DNA from: Desulfosoma sp.
GTDB taxonomy: Bacteria; Desulfobacterota; Syntrophobacteria; Syntrophobacterales; DSM-9756
Length of the DNA stretch: 64,000 bases
Direction of reading: 5' to 3'
NCBI GenBank assembly: GCA_037481835.1
Contig: JBBFKW010000017.1
Span: forward strand, 32,001-96,000
The stretch's first letter is position 1. Every line of letters starts with the position of its first letter. The notes under the pieces are model-generated. The model searched no databases and was not told the origin of the DNA. It saw nothing but the letters and a program-made list of their open reading frames with translations. Position numbers and translations under genes: made by a program. Below, in pieces: positions 39,123 through 48,676 of this stretch.

Positions 39123-39677
39123 TTATCCGATGAATACCTGAAGACGGGCGCAAAAGTCCCGGACATCCACCGGTTCAATCACCAGCGGCACCTGAACCAG
39201 ATCGAAAAAGTGGAGGATTTCTTCGTCGCTGAGGGGATTGAGTCCGGCATCCAGGACGAGAATTCGGTCGTAGCGCCCCAACTGGATTCTGGCGTCCACC
39301 TGGTCCCAGCCCATGACGGCCATGATTTGCGGCCAGACACGCACCCAGGCCGGCGTCATGAGCATGGTGCGATCCTTTTCTATCTCTCGGGCTTGCGGAC
39401 CGGCCAACCATTCCAGGCAGTTGCGAAAAGGGGCGGTTTCAAAGCCGCCCTCCTCGGCAATCCTTCGAAGCTCGGGATGACACCCCGCTCCGAAGACGAG
39501 GTATCGCGGCCCACTCTCTGGGGAGAGATCGTCGGACTTGCAGTGAAGGTCCTTTTCCAGTCGGTCCAGATCCGCATGGAGCGCCGCATCAACCCAGAGG
39601 ATCTTAACATCCGTTCTTTCCCCGATGCAGGCCTGCAATTCATCTTCGAAAATCCGACACGCAATGATGGTCTTCAC
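39123..39677 (-). CDS. DUF1638-like protein
   Basis: IIACRIFEDE, AALH, FGAGCHP, NCLEWL, MTPAW motifs; GTG start. Confidence 0.78.
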   Translation of the reverse strand: MKTIIACRIFEDELQACIGERTDVKILWVDAALHADLDRLEKDLHCKSDDLSPESGPRYLVFGAGCHPELRRIAEEGGFETAPFRNCLEWLAGPQAREIEKDRTMLMTPAWVRVWPQIMAVMGWDQVDARIQLGRYDRILVLDAGLNPLSDEEILHFFDLVQVPLVIEPVDVRDFCARLQVFIG

Positions 39678-39685
39678 GGCCCGCC

Positions 39686-40342
39686 TCACATCATCCGCTG
39701 GGATCGCAACCGCTCCCGAAGCTCCCCGCCCACTTCCCCGGCCCGACGCCACACCTCTTCTTGATCCTCAACAGAATAGAACTTGTCCGGCGTCACGCGC
39801 GCACCTTCCCCGAAGATCCACGGGACGGCGCTCATGGGACAGGTTTCTCCGTATCCGCATACCATGCATTCGGGGTTGCCGACAATCTTCAAGGTCTCCA
39901 GCACCATCATACCTTCCAAACGCAGGGCATGGATCATCTGCGCAGAAGCGTCCTCCAGGCCGGGTGCTCCACGCCCGATGCCCGTGGTCACGATCACGGC
40001 CAATTTGCCTCTGTTCAGGCCGTTTTGATGCCTCAAGGAAAAGAGCCTCTCCAGGAAGGCCTTCGTAAAGCCGTCCACCGCCCCGTAAGGGGCATAGCCT
40101 CCCACGACCAGGGCGGACGCCTTTCGGACCTTTTCCGCCAGCGGCGGGAAATCGTCGGAGACTTTGCAAACGTTGTCCTTCTTGCAACCAAGGCAAGCGA
40201 TACAGGGTCGAACGTTGAGACGACTCAGTTTGATGAACTCGTAGGCCAATCCGCTGGACTCCAAGACTTTCAACACCAAGCGGTCCGTGTTGCTGTTCTT
40301 GATCGGGCTTCCTGAAATTCCAACAATCGGGACATGGGTCAT
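39686..40342 (-). CDS. iron-sulfur flavoprotein / NADPH-dependent FMN reductase family
   Basis: GISGSP..NSNT, PCIACLGCKKDNVC, KAFLER; extra C-terminal CMVCGYGETC. Confidence 0.88.
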   Translation of the reverse strand: MTHVPIVGISGSPIKNSNTDRLVLKVLESSGLAYEFIKLSRLNVRPCIACLGCKKDNVCKVSDDFPPLAEKVRKASALVVGGYAPYGAVDGFTKAFLERLFSLRHQNGLNRGKLAVIVTTGIGRGAPGLEDASAQMIHALRLEGMMVLETLKIVGNPECMVCGYGETCPMSAVPWIFGEGARVTPDKFYSVEDQEEVWRRAGEVGGELRERLRSQRMM

Positions 40343-40413
40343 ATCGCTTTCTCCCGCACGTTCTTTTACTGAGTACGTCGAGGGGGGCGCCGCGGCGAGC
40401 CCCCCGGAACCGG

Positions 40414-40548
40414 TCACTTCTTTTCGTCCTTTTCCTTGTTCTTCTCTTCAGCCAGCACCACTTTCCTGCCGCATAGGTCGCATCGACCGTCTTCCGTGAT
40501 GCACGGCTGACGCGGCGCCTCACCTCCGCAGATTCCGCACTTCGGCAT
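40414..40548 (-). CDS. 44-aa Cys-rich small protein (not in ORF track)
   Basis: manual translation MPKCGICGGEAPRQPCITEDGRCDLCGRKVVLAEEKNKEKDEKK*; AAAGGAGGTG RBS just upstream; co-oriented with the cluster. Confidence 0.8.
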   Translation of the reverse strand: MPKCGICGGEAPRQPCITEDGRCDLCGRKVVLAEEKNKEKDEKK

Positions 40549-40709
40549 GGCAAATCACCTCCTTTCTCACGTTCGTTCCGGCATGCCGTGATATAGGTTC
40601 TAGACGGAAGACACGAGCTTTTCCGTAGCAAGGGCTACACACAATGCATTTGGGAGGAATCCTTAAAGGAGGGCTTGGATGATTCTTCTCTAGTCGGGGC
40701 TATGACGAA

Positions 40710-40775
40710 CGGGCATAAGACACACCCTTATAAGAAGGCAGTGACGTCTTGGGTAGGGCGGGGTTTGTCCGCCCG
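40710..40775. repeat. degenerate inverted REP-like pair
   Basis: GTAGGGCGGGGTTTGTCCGCCCG (40753-40775) with degenerate inverse at 40710-40730. Confidence 0.45.
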
Positions 40776-40842
40776 CTCAGCGTGCGGCAATAGGGAATCC
40801 AATAAAAGAATCCAGCCGTTTGGCTTAAAGATAGTCCAACTG

Positions 40843-41037
40843 CTACTCTTCCCAGTGGATGCATTCGGCCGGACAGGTCGCGATCGCCTCCTCGGTGCAG
40901 TCCTCATCCCCTCCCTCAGCAAGGATCACGTGGGCCTTTTCGGCCTCCTCGTCGAATCCGAACACCTCCGGACACAGTTCCACACAGCTTTCGCAACCGA
41001 TGCATTCTTCCGTTTTAATGTATACCTTCTTGGTCAT
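40843..41037 (-). CDS. monocluster [4Fe-4S] ferredoxin
   Basis: CIGCESCVELCP...CPAECI; GGAGG RBS. Confidence 0.95.
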   Translation of the reverse strand: MTKKVYIKTEECIGCESCVELCPEVFGFDEEAEKAHVILAEGGDEDCTEEAIATCPAECIHWEE

Positions 41038-41122
41038 GGTTTCCTCCAAACTTGAATCAACGCTGAATTTGGTTAGAGTTTGGTATTTTCAATATCTAAC
41101 ACTGCACATTTTTCAGGAATAT

Positions 41123-41683
41123 CTATCCCAAGCCGAAGTAATGACGACCTAATTCATGCAAAAACTCGTGGAACTCTTCGTGTTTTCCAGCCCCAACGCG
41201 TTCATTTTCGATGCGTTCGAATGCCTCCAGGAGCCTGCCGTCTTCGGCTGCATCCAGGTTCGCCTCCGCCATCACAAAAAGGACGGTGTTTTCCTTCGCT
41301 ATATGCTGTGTCAAAAGCTCCACATAGCTGCCCATGCGGCTCTTGATGATGTCTGCTGCGGATTTGTCATCCGATGGATAGTTTTTTACGGCGTCTCGGA
41401 GTTCGGAAACGATCCTGCGCCCTTCTTCGTGCTCGGCAAGCAAGACCCCTATCGGGCCTCCATCCCTTGGAATGCCGCTTGCCTCCAAGGCCGGGAACAG
41501 AAATTCCTCTTCTTTTCCATGGTGGCACTTATCCACAAATATCGACAGAAACTCCATGATGCCGTCAAGGTGCCGGACATCCACCTGTTCACCGTGAGAG
41601 AGTTTTTTTGATACCGCCTGCAGGACCTGCAGCATCACCATTATCCCTTCGTGTTCTTTCCTGAGGTCTTCGGTGGCTTTCAT
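41123..41683 (-). CDS. hemerythrin/HHE cation-binding domain protein
   Basis: LRKEH, DKCHHGKEEEFLFP, LAEHEEGR, QHIAKENTVLF; AAAGGAGG RBS. Confidence 0.92.
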   Translation of the reverse strand: MKATEDLRKEHEGIMVMLQVLQAVSKKLSHGEQVDVRHLDGIMEFLSIFVDKCHHGKEEEFLFPALEASGIPRDGGPIGVLLAEHEEGRRIVSELRDAVKNYPSDDKSAADIIKSRMGSYVELLTQHIAKENTVLFVMAEANLDAAEDGRLLEAFERIENERVGAGKHEEFHEFLHELGRHYFGLG

Positions 41684-41757
41684 GCGTGCCTCCTTTCGTT
41701 CAAGGATTCTTGACTCTCAGAGTCCGGCCTTTTCGGTCGACCGACATGAGGCCCTCC

Positions 41758-41919
41758 TTACCATTTTCGAAGATGCACACTGGGCGCCGCATCTTTCAGC
41801 CAATAATCCGCCTGCAATCGGTCCTTGCTCATAGCCCGAGGCCATACGCGATCCACCAGGATCCGCGTTCCGTCGTCGTCGCCCAAAGGCTCAAAGACAC
41901 GTTTCGTACGTATGTTCAA
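41758..41919 (-). pseudogene. truncated DUF488 (YeaO-like) gene
   Basis: [27 protein letters not shown]...[14 protein letters not shown] then TAA; C-terminal half absent. Confidence 0.8.
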
Positions 41920-42002
41920 CGGCACCACCCTTCGCCGTTTCAGCACGGGAAGGAAATCACAGGGGCTCTGGGGGGCATGAAAGCCGCTTCCAGATGCTTG
42001 CC

Positions 42003-43181
42003 TCACATCAAACCGTGTTCCCTGTGCCTTTGGGCTATTGCCTCGGCAAGGCGGGTGAGGGCCGCGTAATCGGGCTCTTTCGGCAGCCCCTTGCACAGAA
42101 CCGGGTCCAGCACCTCCACTTTCAGGTTGGGAATCATTCCCGCCAGGGTTTCCACCGTCTTTCCGCCCCAGCCGTAGGATCCCACAATGGAGAGGAACCG
42201 CGCCTTGGGCCGCAGGGCGTTGGCCAAGAACACCGCGTACACGGCCAACGGGTGGGGACCGGCCAGCACCGTGGGGGTGCCCACCACGATCGTGGCGCCG
42301 TCCACCAGGGCCTCGGCCAGCTTGCCGATGTCCGTCACCGCAAGATTAAAGAGATCCACACGAATCCCGTACCCCACCAGGGCATCCGTCAGGTGATCGA
42401 CCATTTTTCGGGTGCTGCCGTGCATGGACACGAAAGGAAAAACCACAGCGTTGTGGGGCGTCGGAGAAAGCCAATCTCGATGGGCTTCCAGGATCCAGGC
42501 CGGGTCCCCGTAAACCTGGCCGTGGCTCGGGGCGATCATTCCGATATCGTAACCGGCGACCTTCTCCACATTCTTGGCGATCACGGCGCGAAACGGCATC
42601 ATGATCTCGGCGAAGTACCGTTTGGCCGCTTCGTAGACCCGGCCCCGGTCGGTGACGAAAAGATCGGTGGTGGCGATATGGGCGCCGAAAAAGTCGCAGC
42701 TGAAGAGAATTCGATCCTCCGCCAGGTAGCTCACCGTGGTCTCGGGCCAGTGCACCCAGGGGGTGTGCAGAAACTTCAGGGTTTTGTCCCCTAGGGACAG
42801 CGTCTCCCCGTCTTCCACGGTGACCAGAACGTCCTCGGAAAGGTTCAGCAAATCCATGAGCAGGCCCTTGGCCTTTGGGGTGGCAACCACCTTGGCCTCG
42901 GGAAAGCGGGCCAGCACCGCCGGGATGGTCCCGGAATGGTCCTGCTCCGCATGGTGCGAAACGATGAAATCGACCTTGGAGACATCCTCCAGTTGTGCCA
43001 GAAGTTGGTCGGACTTGGAGGGATCGACGGTATCCAGAAGAGCCGTCTTCTCGCTTCCTTCCACCAGGTAGGCATTGTAGGTAGTGCCGTCCGGCAGCGG
43101 AATCAGCGAATCGAACAGGCGACTGTCCCAGTCCACCGCGCCCATCCAGGAAACCCCTTCGGTGATTTTTCTCCTGCGCAT
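42003..43181 (-). CDS. fprA: A-type flavodiiron protein (NO/O2 reductase)
   Basis: [36 protein letters not shown], flavodoxin domain SMHGST, GSYGWGG. Confidence 0.95.
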   Translation of the reverse strand: MRRRKITEGVSWMGAVDWDSRLFDSLIPLPDGTTYNAYLVEGSEKTALLDTVDPSKSDQLLAQLEDVSKVDFIVSHHAEQDHSGTIPAVLARFPEAKVVATPKAKGLLMDLLNLSEDVLVTVEDGETLSLGDKTLKFLHTPWVHWPETTVSYLAEDRILFSCDFFGAHIATTDLFVTDRGRVYEAAKRYFAEIMMPFRAVIAKNVEKVAGYDIGMIAPSHGQVYGDPAWILEAHRDWLSPTPHNAVVFPFVSMHGSTRKMVDHLTDALVGYGIRVDLFNLAVTDIGKLAEALVDGATIVVGTPTVLAGPHPLAVYAVFLANALRPKARFLSIVGSYGWGGKTVETLAGMIPNLKVEVLDPVLCKGLPKEPDYAALTRLAEAIAQRHREHGLM

Positions 43182-43220
43182 GCGTCTTTCTCCGTTTTGC
43201 AGGGTGTGAGGCCACGGCTC

Positions 43221-43280
43221 CAACCATGTGAATGTGCATTCACATGGTTGAAACATAGACATCCGCGCCGGCCGGAGCAA
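43221..43280 (-). promoter_or_regulatory. fprA sigma-70 promoter with a perfect 14-2-14 operator
   Basis: minus strand TTGCTC-17bp-TATGTT (43280-43252); CAACCATGTGAATG-tg-CATTCACATGGTTG at 43221-43250. Confidence 0.75.
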
Positions 43281-43632
43281 GCAACAAACTGGCTCCTCGC
43301 CATTTTTTTCAGCGTGGCGGCAATCGAGGTCCTGCGTTGCCCGTGGGAGTCGGGGGCTTTCGCGCTCGTTGGCCTGGTCAAATTAAACTGGTGGGCACGG
43401 GAGCCCATAAGACGGGAGGTGAGGCGTGCTCGAGATGGACGGATGCGAGCAAATTGGAACGGGTGTCCTTCTCAAAATCATCGGAAAAACATAACGACAC
43501 AGATCGGCCCCTGGCGAACAGCCCTTGGGCATGATGGATCGCCGTCCAGGGCGGGCAAAATTGTTTCAAGTTCGGGCCTCTTTATGCCGTTGACTTACCT
43601 GTATGAACCTCAGCGGATGGAAAGGACGGCCC

Positions 43633-44757
43633 ATGGGAACGAACAATGTGGTCTTTTTGGAGGTCATCGAGTGGTTCGACCCTACCGGGAAGGACATGCT
43701 CCATCGCATCCCGGAAGAAGGATCAGGAGAAATCAAATTCGGCGCGCAACTCATCGTGCGGGAAAGCCAAGCGGCGGTGCTCTTTTATCAAGGCAAGGCC
43801 GTCGCCGCTTTCGGTCCGGGACGGCATACGCTGCACACGGCCAATATCCCCGTTTTGACCAAGATTCTCAGCTTTCCCTGGGGATTTACCATCCCGCTTC
43901 GCGCCGAAGTCTATTTTCTCAACACCAAGGTTTTTACAAACCTCAAGTGGGGAACCCGCGACCCCGTGGCCTTCAAGGACGCTTCCTTGGGTCTCATTCG
44001 GCTTCGAGCCCATGGGGTCGTGAACGTGCGGATCGTCCAGCCCCTTCTTTTCATCAACAGGCTTGTGGGCACCCTGGGCCGTTTCACCACGGAGGATGTG
44101 GAGGAATACTTGAGCCGCGTGATCGTCTCGCGCCTCAATGACCTCATGGGCGAGGAACTCACCAGCATCTTGGATCTTCCCGGCCGCTACGACGCCTGGG
44201 CGGAACGACTCAAGGCGCGCCTCGCAGAGGACGCCTCTCACTTCGGCATGGCCCTCACCCACCTCTACATCAACGCCATCACGCCCCCCGAAGAGGTCCA
44301 ACGGGCCATCGACGATCGGAGCAAACTGGGCGTCTTTGACGATTTGAACAAGCTCCTCAAACTCAAGGCAGCCTCAGCCATGGAAAAAGCCGCGGAAAAC
44401 CCGGGAACGGGTGGCGAAGCCGCAGGCATCGGACTCGCCTTCATGATCCCGGGCCTCATGGCTGAAGCCCTTCGCGAACGGAAAGCCGATCCCGGCCCCG
44501 GCCCCGCAGGGCCTCACTGCCCCGACTGCGGCCGCACGGTGCCGCAAGAGGCGCAATTTTGTCCCTACTGCGGGCACCACCTGGTCGTGTTCAATCAGTG
44601 CCCTTACTGCGGCAAAAACCTGACGCCCAACGCCCGATTCTGCCCGCGCTGCGGGAACGCCGTTTCGAAAGAGCTTCTGGAAAAGAAATGCACGCGTTGC
44701 GGCGCGTCCAATCTGCCTCAGGCCGTCTTTTGCGATCAGTGCGGTGAACGGCTCTAG
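43633..44757 (+). CDS. SPFH/band-7 domain protein (YdjI-like) with C-terminal zinc ribbons
   Basis: GAQLIVRESQ, GPGRHTL, KWGTRDP, INAITPPEEV; six CxxC motifs at the C-terminus. Confidence 0.88.
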   Translation: MGTNNVVFLEVIEWFDPTGKDMLHRIPEEGSGEIKFGAQLIVRESQAAVLFYQGKAVAAFGPGRHTLHTANIPVLTKILSFPWGFTIPLRAEVYFLNTKVFTNLKWGTRDPVAFKDASLGLIRLRAHGVVNVRIVQPLLFINRLVGTLGRFTTEDVEEYLSRVIVSRLNDLMGEELTSILDLPGRYDAWAERLKARLAEDASHFGMALTHLYINAITPPEEVQRAIDDRSKLGVFDDLNKLLKLKAASAMEKAAENPGTGGEAAGIGLAFMIPGLMAEALRERKADPGPGPAGPHCPDCGRTVPQEAQFCPYCGHHLVVFNQCPYCGKNLTPNARFCPRCGNAVSKELLEKKCTRCGASNLPQAVFCDQCGERL

Positions 44758-45988
44758 CGTCCCTATTCACCACCCGTGCCCTCAGTGCGGCGGTCGCGTG
44801 ACCCTGGAAGATACGGATCGTCTCTTCCAGTGCCCGTATTGCCGCATCCGGCTCGTGCTCCGCTCGAGCCCGCACTGGACCTACGTCCTTCCCGCCGCCG
44901 AACCCTACCGGTTCCGTCCCCTCGTTTACGTGCCCTACTGGCGGTTTCGAGGCCTGGTCTTCGCTCTGGATGCGTCCGATGTCACCGACAGAATCCTGGA
45001 TACCAGCGCCCCGGCCGTTGCCGCCTCCGGCCTTCCTCCGTCTCTCGGCCTTCGCCCCCAAGCCATGGCGCTCAGGTTTTACGATCCCAATGACCCCGGA
45101 ACGTTCCTCGAGCCGACCGTCACCTTACCCTCCTTCCTGCACTCTCTGGGGAGTGGTCTCAGAGGCCGCCTGAAAGGCGCGGCTGCTCAAATCTATTCCC
45201 AGGCTTTTATCGGCGAAAGCGTGAGCGTGATCTACACGCCGTTTTTCGAACAAGAGGGGCGGCTATGCGACGCCGTCACCGGGCGCGCCTTGGGACCGTG
45301 GCCTGACGGGCTTGCCCGTGAGGCCACGGTCTCAAAGGCGCACAGCCGGATCCTCTTCGTTCCCACCCTGTGTCCGGATTGCGGTGGCGATCTTGACGGG
45401 GAAAGGGACGCCGTCGTCCTTCGGTGCCGCACATGCGGCGGCTTCTGGGAAACGAGCGGTTCGAGCTTCCACAGGGTGGAAGCGACGTTTTGCCCCGCTG
45501 CGGGAGGCGAAGCCGTTTGGATTCCCTTCTGGGAACTGGAAGCAGCGTGTCACGGGTTTTCCTTGGAAACGTTCGGCGATTTCGTCAGCCTGGCCCGAAT
45601 CCCCACGCACCTTGTTCCACAGAAGGCTGCCCGGCCTTTTCGCTTCCGGATCCCCGCCTTTAAAGTCGCCCCGCGATTTTTCCTTCGCTTAGCCCGGGCG
45701 GCCACCATCGGGCAAACCGACACCCCCGCATCGGAGGCACTTCCCGACGCGCCCTTGTACCCGGTGACCCTCCCTTCCGTGGAAGCCTTCCAGGCATGCC
45801 CCATCCTTCTGGGTGCCGCGAGCCCCGCCAAGGAAGAGCTCTTCCCAAAAATCCGCCAAGGGCGCATGGCCTTTCACGGAAAGCGCTTGGGCTACCTTCC
45901 TCTAAGGCGCCTTAGCGCCGAATGGGTCTTGGACGCCTTCGGCTTTACACTCCCCCTCAATGCCCTCCGCTGGGGCCGCACCCTCTGA
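44744..45988 (+). CDS. hypothetical multi-zinc-ribbon protein
   Basis: CPQC..CPYC, YVPYWRF, CPDC..CRTC, WIPFW; overlaps upstream gene by 14 bp. Confidence 0.78.
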   Translation: MNGSSVPIHHPCPQCGGRVTLEDTDRLFQCPYCRIRLVLRSSPHWTYVLPAAEPYRFRPLVYVPYWRFRGLVFALDASDVTDRILDTSAPAVAASGLPPSLGLRPQAMALRFYDPNDPGTFLEPTVTLPSFLHSLGSGLRGRLKGAAAQIYSQAFIGESVSVIYTPFFEQEGRLCDAVTGRALGPWPDGLAREATVSKAHSRILFVPTLCPDCGGDLDGERDAVVLRCRTCGGFWETSGSSFHRVEATFCPAAGGEAVWIPFWELEAACHGFSLETFGDFVSLARIPTHLVPQKAARPFRFRIPAFKVAPRFFLRLARAATIGQTDTPASEALPDAPLYPVTLPSVEAFQACPILLGAASPAKEELFPKIRQGRMAFHGKRLGYLPLRRLSAEWVLDAFGFTLPLNALRWGRTL

Positions 45989-46078
45989 AAGGGAAGATCG
46001 GTTCGGGCAGAACCTGGACTCCCGGTGTCCGTTCAAACCCACGACCCGCTTGGAAGGCGCGGTGCGCACAAGAGCGGC

Positions 46079-47731
46079 TCAGGAAAACAAGCTGCCGTAG
46101 TGGCGCCGGAGATCCCTCTTGAGGATTTTTCCCGTGGGGGTCTTGGGCAAGGCTTCCACGACGACGACGGCTTTCGGCACCTTGAAACCCGCCAATTCCT
46201 GCTTGCACAGCGCAATGATTTCTTCCTCCGAGATCGTCTCGCCGGCCTTGGGGACGACGATGGCCGTGACCGCCTCCACCCATTTGGGGTGCGGCACGCC
46301 GATCACCGCGACTTCCGAAACCCGCGGGTCTTGGTAGATCACTTCTTCGACTTCCCGGGTGGAAACGTTTTCGCCGCCTGTTTTCACCATGTCCTTTTTG
46401 CGGTCCACCACGGTGATGTAGCGATCATGGTCGTAGACCCCCACGTCTCCCGAATGGAACCAGCCGCCTGCCATGGCGTCTTCCGTCTTTTCGGGATCCT
46501 TGAAGTACATGAGCATGACGTGCGGACCGCGGCCGCAGATTTCGCCGGGAATGCCGGGACCGTGTACCGGGCGGCACAGGTCGTCCAGGAGCACCGTTTC
46601 CATGTTCAGGCCGCCCATGCCCGCCGACCCGGGTTTGGTCAGCTGATCGGCCGGCTTGAGGATGGTGTGGTACGGGGACAGTTCCGTCTGGCCGTAGTAG
46701 TTGTAGAGGCGGCGGCAGGAGGGGAGCCGTCTCTGGATTTCCTTGAGGATTTCCACGGGCATGATGGATGCTCCGTAATAGCCTTTCTGCACCGAGGAAA
46801 GATCTCTTTTTTCGAAATCGGGGTGGCGAAGCAGGCCGATCCAGACCGTCGGGGGCGCGAAGAAAACCGTCGCCCGATGTTCCTCGATCTTCTGCAGGAT
46901 CGTGGGCACGTCGGCCGTGGGGAGGAGCACGTTGGTGGCGCCGAGCCACAGGAACGGGGTGAGGAACACGTCCCGCTGGGCGCAATGGAAAATGGGCAGC
47001 GCATTGAGGTTCACGTCTTCGGGGCTGTATTCCCCGTCCACAATGCAGCCCATGTATTGAGCCATGAGAGACTGGTTCGTGAGCACCACGCCCTTGGGAA
47101 GGGATTCGGTGCCGCTGGTGTAGGTCATCTGTACGGGATCTTCGATGAAGAGTTCCACATCGGGTTCTTCGGCGGATTGTGCGTCGACCCAGGCATCGAA
47201 GTCGAGCCATCCGTCGGGAGCCGCTCGCCCCGCTCCTTGATTGGACCAGATCCTATGGGCCACGGTGGGCATATCGTCCAGGACCCCGTCCACCAATTCC
47301 GCCAGGGCGTCTTCCACGATGAAGAAGCGCGCTTCCGAATGGTTGATGCAATAGGCGATGTCTTTCCCGCGAAGGAGGTAGTTGATGGCCAGGTAGATGC
47401 CGCCGGCTTTCGCCGTGCCGAGCCACGTGAGGACATGGTGAATGGTGTTGTGCGCCAGGATGGCGACGCGATCGAAGCGCTTCAGCCCGAGATGGAGCAG
47501 CCCCTGGGCCACCCGGTTGGTGGCTTCGTCCAGTTGGGCGTAGGTGAGCACCCGATCGCCGAAGATCAAGGCGGGCTTTTCCGGATAGCGGTAGGCGCTG
47601 CGCCGCACGAGGTCCGCGATGACCCAGCGCGTGATCCGGTTGTAGCGCGAGCGCAGAAAGGCGATGCTCTCCCGGTCGAACCGATGGTAGTGTCTCTTGG
47701 CATCCTCCGTGAGCGGATTCCTTTGAAACAT
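46079..47731 (-). CDS. fatty acyl-CoA synthetase
   Basis: YTSGTESLPKG, YGQTE, FHSGD, DRKKDMVKTGGENV, PKTPTGK. Confidence 0.93.
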   Translation of the reverse strand: MFQRNPLTEDAKRHYHRFDRESIAFLRSRYNRITRWVIADLVRRSAYRYPEKPALIFGDRVLTYAQLDEATNRVAQGLLHLGLKRFDRVAILAHNTIHHVLTWLGTAKAGGIYLAINYLLRGKDIAYCINHSEARFFIVEDALAELVDGVLDDMPTVAHRIWSNQGAGRAAPDGWLDFDAWVDAQSAEEPDVELFIEDPVQMTYTSGTESLPKGVVLTNQSLMAQYMGCIVDGEYSPEDVNLNALPIFHCAQRDVFLTPFLWLGATNVLLPTADVPTILQKIEEHRATVFFAPPTVWIGLLRHPDFEKRDLSSVQKGYYGASIMPVEILKEIQRRLPSCRRLYNYYGQTELSPYHTILKPADQLTKPGSAGMGGLNMETVLLDDLCRPVHGPGIPGEICGRGPHVMLMYFKDPEKTEDAMAGGWFHSGDVGVYDHDRYITVVDRKKDMVKTGGENVSTREVEEVIYQDPRVSEVAVIGVPHPKWVEAVTAIVVPKAGETISEEEIIALCKQELAGFKVPKAVVVVEALPKTPTGKILKRDLRRHYGSLFS

Positions 47732-47837
47732 GAGCCTTCTCCTTTGTCCCTGGGGTCCATCGTCCGCGGGCCGCCGCTCGACGGCGATCCCCGCCGCCGG
47801 CTGTGATCTCATCGGCCGGTCCCGATTCGTAAAAATT

Positions 47838-48617
47838 CTAAAAAAACCGAGGCGGCCGTTTTTCCACGAAAGCCCGAAGGCCCTCCCGTCCGTCTTCATG
47901 ACGGGCGCACGCCGTCAGGTAGCGGCGCTCCCACTCCGCCTGTTCTTCAAAGGACCTTTCAAAAGACTTGTTGAAGAGTTCCTTGCAGCACCGAAAAGAA
48001 TGGAGCGATCGGCGCGCCAAGTCCTGCGCCATGGCCAGAGCCGCTTCTCGGCCCGTGCCGTCTTCGGCCAGACGCGTCACCAAACCCCATTCCTGGGCCT
48101 TCTGGGCCGGAATTCTTTCGTCGAAGGCGGCGATTTCCAAAGCCCGGGCCATGCCCACGAGACGGGGCAGGGAAAAGGTCCCACCGCCGTCGATGCACAG
48201 CCCGTTGGACGTATAGGCCTGCTGGAAAAAGGCGGATTTTTCCATGACTCGAAAGTCACACGCCAAAGCCAACATGAACCCGGCCCCGGCCGCCGCCCCC
48301 AGGATCGCCGCCACGACGGGCTTGGGCATGGAGCGGATTTCCACGACGAGGCGGTTGAGCTGGGCCGCCAGGACATGGAATGACCTTCCCGGATCGTCGC
48401 CATAATCCAGCGCCCACTTGAGATCGCCTCCGGCGCAGAAAGCGCGCCCCCGCCCCGTGAGCATCACCCCGCGAACGGCGGGATCTGCGGCGGCCTCCAT
48501 CATGGCGTCGGCCAATTCGGTCATGAGCCCCAGGTTCATGGCGTTAAGATTCTTCGGGCGGTTCATGGCCACTTCCCGAATCGCTCCGTGATCCGCAGTC
48601 TCGACGAATTCCGGCAT
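47838..48617 (-). CDS. enoyl-CoA hydratase/isomerase (crotonase)
   Basis: NRPKNLNA, AFCAGGDL, AAAGAG, LACDF, DGGG, AFVEKRPP. Confidence 0.93.
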   Translation of the reverse strand: MPEFVETADHGAIREVAMNRPKNLNAMNLGLMTELADAMMEAAADPAVRGVMLTGRGRAFCAGGDLKWALDYGDDPGRSFHVLAAQLNRLVVEIRSMPKPVVAAILGAAAGAGFMLALACDFRVMEKSAFFQQAYTSNGLCIDGGGTFSLPRLVGMARALEIAAFDERIPAQKAQEWGLVTRLAEDGTGREAALAMAQDLARRSLHSFRCCKELFNKSFERSFEEQAEWERRYLTACARHEDGREGLRAFVEKRPPRFF

Positions 48618-48676
48618 GGTCACCTCCGTCTTCTCCTCGGATTAAAAGATCCTCCCGGACACAGCGCGCGGGCGGC

